Position numbers and translations under genes: made by a program. Source: an uncultured Thiotrichales bacterium (lineage in GTDB: Bacteria; Pseudomonadota; Gammaproteobacteria; UBA4575). From it: a stretch of 37,422 nt of DNA. Positions 34,397 to 37,422 of the stretch are shown one piece after another (the stretch's first letter is position 1; each line of letters opens with the position of its first letter). The notes under the pieces were generated by a model. It worked only from the letters and a program-made list of their open reading frames with translations. It was not told where the DNA came from and searched no databases. The stretch is taken from assembly GCA_964468615.1 (NCBI GenBank), contig CAYXVH010000258.1, forward strand, positions 1 to 37,422, read 5' to 3'.

Positions 34397-35005
34397 ATGT
34401 TGGTAGTAGGCCTCACAGGTGGTATTGGATGCGGGAAAAGTCTTGTCTCTGATCTTTTCCATGAGCACTTTACTATTCCAATCATTGATGCAGACATCAT
34501 TGCAAGAGAGCTCACTCAAACCAATCCAGTAATCGAGAAAATTTCTCAACAACTTGGAACAGATTATATAGACGAAAATAAACTGCTGTTACGTGAAAAA
34601 CTCAGACAGAAAATTTTTTCTGATCCTAGCATTCGCGCTAAGCTTGAAAGTATTCTTCATCCATTAGTGTATGATGATATTAGCAAAAAGCTCAGTGAGC
34701 TACACGCGAGTTACTGCATAGTCGTTATTCCATTATTGCTTGAAACCAAACAAACCGATTTTATTGACCGAATCCTAGTTGTAGATTGTACAATTGAAGA
34801 ACAAATTTCACGTGTAGTGCACCGTGATCAGTGCAACGAATCACATGTTAAAAAAATTATTAATGCGCAAATAGATCGAGATAGTCGTTTATCACTTGCA
34901 GATGATATTATTACAAATAGCGGAAGCACCTCACTTACAAAAGAAAAAGTAGCTTTACTGCATAAAAAATATATCGAATTAAGCAAGTCCCACAACAAAC
35001 CATGA
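34397..35005 (+). CDS. coaE: Dephospho-CoA kinase
   Basis: 202-aa ORF with the P-loop GLTGGIGCGKS, in the conserved position after pilD. Confidence 0.92.
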   Translation: MLVVGLTGGIGCGKSLVSDLFHEHFTIPIIDADIIARELTQTNPVIEKISQQLGTDYIDENKLLLREKLRQKIFSDPSIRAKLESILHPLVYDDISKKLSELHASYCIVVIPLLLETKQTDFIDRILVVDCTIEEQISRVVHRDQCNESHVKKIINAQIDRDSRLSLADDIITNSGSTSLTKEKVALLHKKYIELSKSHNKP

Positions 35006-35787
35006 ACACTACAACAGAAACAAATGAAATATTTTATGAGCAACCGCTCAATGAGCGCATGCGAACATTTTTACGCTACGAAGAACTAACTCGCCGCTTT
35101 AATTTTTTTGTCAAGCAGGAGAATAGTTCTGACTCACATGCAGCGCTTTTAACATTAATAGAAATATTAAGCTTGGTATCTCGTGGAGATCTTAAACAAG
35201 AGTTATTGAAAGAATTAAAACGACAGATCGACACACTTGAGCAACTTGCAAATAAACCTAAGCTAAATACCAGCAAACTAACTGAAATTTTATCTAAACA
35301 TAAGAATACCTTTGATCGCTTACATACAGTTCGCGGCCAGATCGGCAATCACCTTAAAGAAAATGATTTCTTAAATAGTATTCGACAACGCGCAGTAATC
35401 CCTGGCGGCACATGTGATTTTGATTTGCCTGAATATCATCATTGGCTCTCTTTACCTTTTAGTCAGCGTAGCAAAGTGTTATTAGAATGGATTGAGCCAT
35501 TTGAGATTGTGCAACAAAGCGTTAGCCAAGCGCTTCGTTTGATCAGAGAAAGCACTCAATATGCAGATAAAACGGCCCCTAAAGGCTTCTATGATCAAAA
35601 CCTGGATCCAAATTCACCCAATCAATTGATACGCATTGCTATCGCCAAGAAGCACAGTTTTTTCCCAGAATGCAGTGCAGGTAAGCACCGTTTTTCGATT
35701 CGCTTTCTATCACAAGACGATCCTAATATCACCCCTAAGCAAACTGGAGTTAATATTGATTTCAAACTTGCATGTTGTACATTTTAA
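35002..35787 (+). CDS. zapD: Cell division protein ZapD (YacF/DUF1342 family)
   Basis: 261-aa ORF with the N-terminal IFYEQPLNERMRTFLRYEEL signature of ZapD. It overlaps the coaE stop by 4 nt, in the conserved coaE-zapD arrangement. Confidence 0.8.
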   Translation: MNTTTETNEIFYEQPLNERMRTFLRYEELTRRFNFFVKQENSSDSHAALLTLIEILSLVSRGDLKQELLKELKRQIDTLEQLANKPKLNTSKLTEILSKHKNTFDRLHTVRGQIGNHLKENDFLNSIRQRAVIPGGTCDFDLPEYHHWLSLPFSQRSKVLLEWIEPFEIVQQSVSQALRLIRESTQYADKTAPKGFYDQNLDPNSPNQLIRIAIAKKHSFFPECSAGKHRFSIRFLSQDDPNITPKQTGVNIDFKLACCTF

Positions 35788-36752
35788 TTTGTTATATCCC
35801 ATATATTTCTGATCGCAGCAATACCCTGCCCACCACATAGCAAACTTACAGCTAAATCATCTACGCCAAGACCACCAATTGCATAAACAGGAACCAAGCT
35901 TTTCTTAGCAAGCTCAGAAAATTTTTCCCACCCGAGAGTCTTACAATTTTTACTAGCGTGCTTCTCTATAACAGGTCCTAAAATCATATAGTCCAATCCA
36001 AGTGAATTTGCATGCTCAATATCATGCGAATTATGACAAGAAGCTCCTACTAAAAACTTAGAACTTAGAGGCCTCTTTTTAGCTTCTAATAAATTATCAC
36101 TCGTTAAATGCAATCCTGTTGCTGGAAATTTATCAAAGTATTCAATATTTGTGTTTAAAATTAAATCGACTTCATATTTCTTACATAACTCAATACATTG
36201 CTTTGCTAACCGTATATATTCTGAAGGTTCTAATTCATGCGAGCGGAGTTGAATGATACGAATGGATGCTCTCCTCACTACTTTTTCAAAGTTTATTAAG
36301 AAGTTTTCAGGGTATTGAGAATAGCTAGGAGTAACTGGAAATATTTTGGGCAGTTGTAAAGCCCGTAACACCCCATAGTTAGCGGCGGGAAAATCATCAT
36401 CACTCAGTGATGCTACCGGTCTCCAGGTAATTTTTTGCCCTTCAAGCGCACTTACTTTCCCCAAATACTCATTTACCACATAAGCATCCAGCAATATTTT
36501 TCTATCTGTGTAGGTATAGGGTATCTGAATCAGTTGAGTAAATCTTGAAATATCGATGTTTAGTTCTTCCGCTAGCTCTCTTCGCAATGCTTCAGTAGGC
36601 GTTTCATTTTTCTCAACCTTGCCACCAGGAAACTCAAGTAAACCACCTAAATGAGCATCAGGCTTTCGCCTACTGACAAGAATTTCTTGCTTAGTGTTTT
36701 GTATGATTCCGACAACAACGTGAACACACTTCTGCTCTGTTAAGGCGTTCAC
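35784..36752 (-). CDS. Nudix (MutT-like) hydrolase fused to a ThiE/TenI-like domain
   Basis: 322-aa ORF. The N-terminal Nudix box is GGKVEKNETPTEALRRELAEELNI, and the C-terminal ~190 aa are thiamine-phosphate-synthase-like (YAIGGL). The same fusion lies next to argJ in Pseudomonas, as I recall. Confidence 0.8.
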   Translation of the reverse strand: MNALTEQKCVHVVVGIIQNTKQEILVSRRKPDAHLGGLLEFPGGKVEKNETPTEALRRELAEELNIDISRFTQLIQIPYTYTDRKILLDAYVVNEYLGKVSALEGQKITWRPVASLSDDDFPAANYGVLRALQLPKIFPVTPSYSQYPENFLINFEKVVRRASIRIIQLRSHELEPSEYIRLAKQCIELCKKYEVDLILNTNIEYFDKFPATGLHLTSDNLLEAKKRPLSSKFLVGASCHNSHDIEHANSLGLDYMILGPVIEKHASKNCKTLGWEKFSELAKKSLVPVYAIGGLGVDDLAVSLLCGGQGIAAIRNIWDITN

Positions 36753-36770
36753 AATAAAAAGACTTATATA

Positions 36771-37422
36771 TTAAGTCCGATATTCTGCATTGATTTTCAC
36801 ATAATCATACGAAAGATCAGTGGTCCAAATGGTTACTTTAGAACTACCCTCACCAAGTAATAAACGAAATTGAATCTCGTCTTTTTGCATTTCTTTCTGA
36901 CCACTTTTTTCACTATAACTATCCGCTAATTCACCATGATCGATCACGATCAACTCATTGATATATAAAGATATATCGCTTATCTGCATAGGCTCCTCAG
37001 TTGCTCGGCCTGCTGCTGCTAATATTCGACCCCAATTTGGGTCGCTAGCGAATGCAGCTGTTTTTACCAAGGGTGAGTGCGCAATAGTGAAAGCAATTGC
37101 ACGTGCTATTGATTTACTCTTTGCCTGCTCTACCTTAACTGAAATATATTTTGTAATTCCTTCACCATCTCGAATAATCGATTGTGCTAATTTCAAGAAT
37201 ATTGAATTCAAGCTAGTTACAAATTCTTCTTTAGCATATTCAGAAAGATCGCTGAACCCCAAGCTCGATTTACCCGTTGCAACAAGAACACAAGAGTCAT
37301 TAGTTGAGGTATCGCCATCTACCGTTATGCAATGAAATGATTGATCTACTGCCTGATTTAAAAGGTCACTCAAGTTCTCATTATCAATGTTTAAATCTGT
37401 TGCTACATACGCAAGCATCGTT
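36771..37422 (-). CDS. argJ: Bifunctional ornithine acetyltransferase / N-acetylglutamate synthase ArgJ, C-terminal (beta-chain) part; 5' end outside the window
   Basis: The frame reads T-MLAYVATDLNI at the window edge, which is the ArgJ autoprocessing site (catalytic Thr codon at 37419-37421). DGDTSTNDS and the C-terminal YVKINAEYRT are typical. Confidence 0.9.
   Translation of the reverse strand, partial: TMLAYVATDLNIDNENLSDLLNQAVDQSFHCITVDGDTSTNDSCVLVATGKSSLGFSDLSEYAKEEFVTSLNSIFLKLAQSIIRDGEGITKYISVKVEQAKSKSIARAIAFTIAHSPLVKTAAFASDPNWGRILAAAGRATEEPMQISDISLYINELIVIDHGELADSYSEKSGQKEMQKDEIQFRLLLGEGSSKVTIWTTDLSYDYVKINAEYRT

Noticed and set aside
35784-35787. A 4-nt overlap of the convergent zapD and Nudix-fusion stop codons, and the absence of yacG between coaE/zapD and the mutT-like gene
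   Set aside because: Overlap of convergent gene ends is common in compact genomes. yacG is small and may be encoded elsewhere. Neither point has a functional implication that this window can support.

Overview
Low-GC gammaproteobacterial chromosomal segment with Pseudomonas-like gene order; taxon not assigned. The left third is housekeeping: an SDR oxidoreductase, a secreted 11-residue tandem-repeat protein, clpB with a sigma32-type promoter, pgeF/yfiH, rluD, bamD, nadE and sucDC. The rest is a type IV pilus locus: pilS-pilR, pilA, then pilB-pilC-pilD-coaE-zapD, followed by a convergent Nudix/ThiE-like fusion gene and a partial argJ. The main finding is a roughly 15-kb, apparently AT-rich glycan-biosynthesis island (15154-29922) between pilA and pilBCD. 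It starts 7 nt after the pilA terminator with a TMTC/PMT-like GT-C membrane glycosyltransferase carrying C-terminal TPR-like repeats. That gene is translationally coupled to a GtrB/ArnC-like polyprenyl-phosphate GT2, followed by a DUF354-like protein. Next comes a complete CMP-pseudaminic acid pathway (pseB, pseC, pseF, a pseG-pseH fusion, pseI) interrupted by a divergent second NeuB-family paralog. The island ends with an unassigned 462-aa protein, a Wzx-like flippase, a decayed NeuB-family gene relic and a GT4. No initiating phosphoglycosyltransferase, Wzy, PglL/TfpO-type O-oligosaccharyltransferase, flagellin or integrase is recognisable. I read the island as a candidate dedicated pilin-glycosylation system with an unusual composition. 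A second accessory spot is the 843-bp clpB-pgeF spacer, which holds two copies of a 30-nt imperfect palindrome, a frameshifted small gene, a truncated-looking ORF with a strong SD and a C-rich run of hairpins. No rRNA, tRNA, CRISPR array, transposase or integrase was recognised. All functional calls come from reading motifs by eye, with no searches run.
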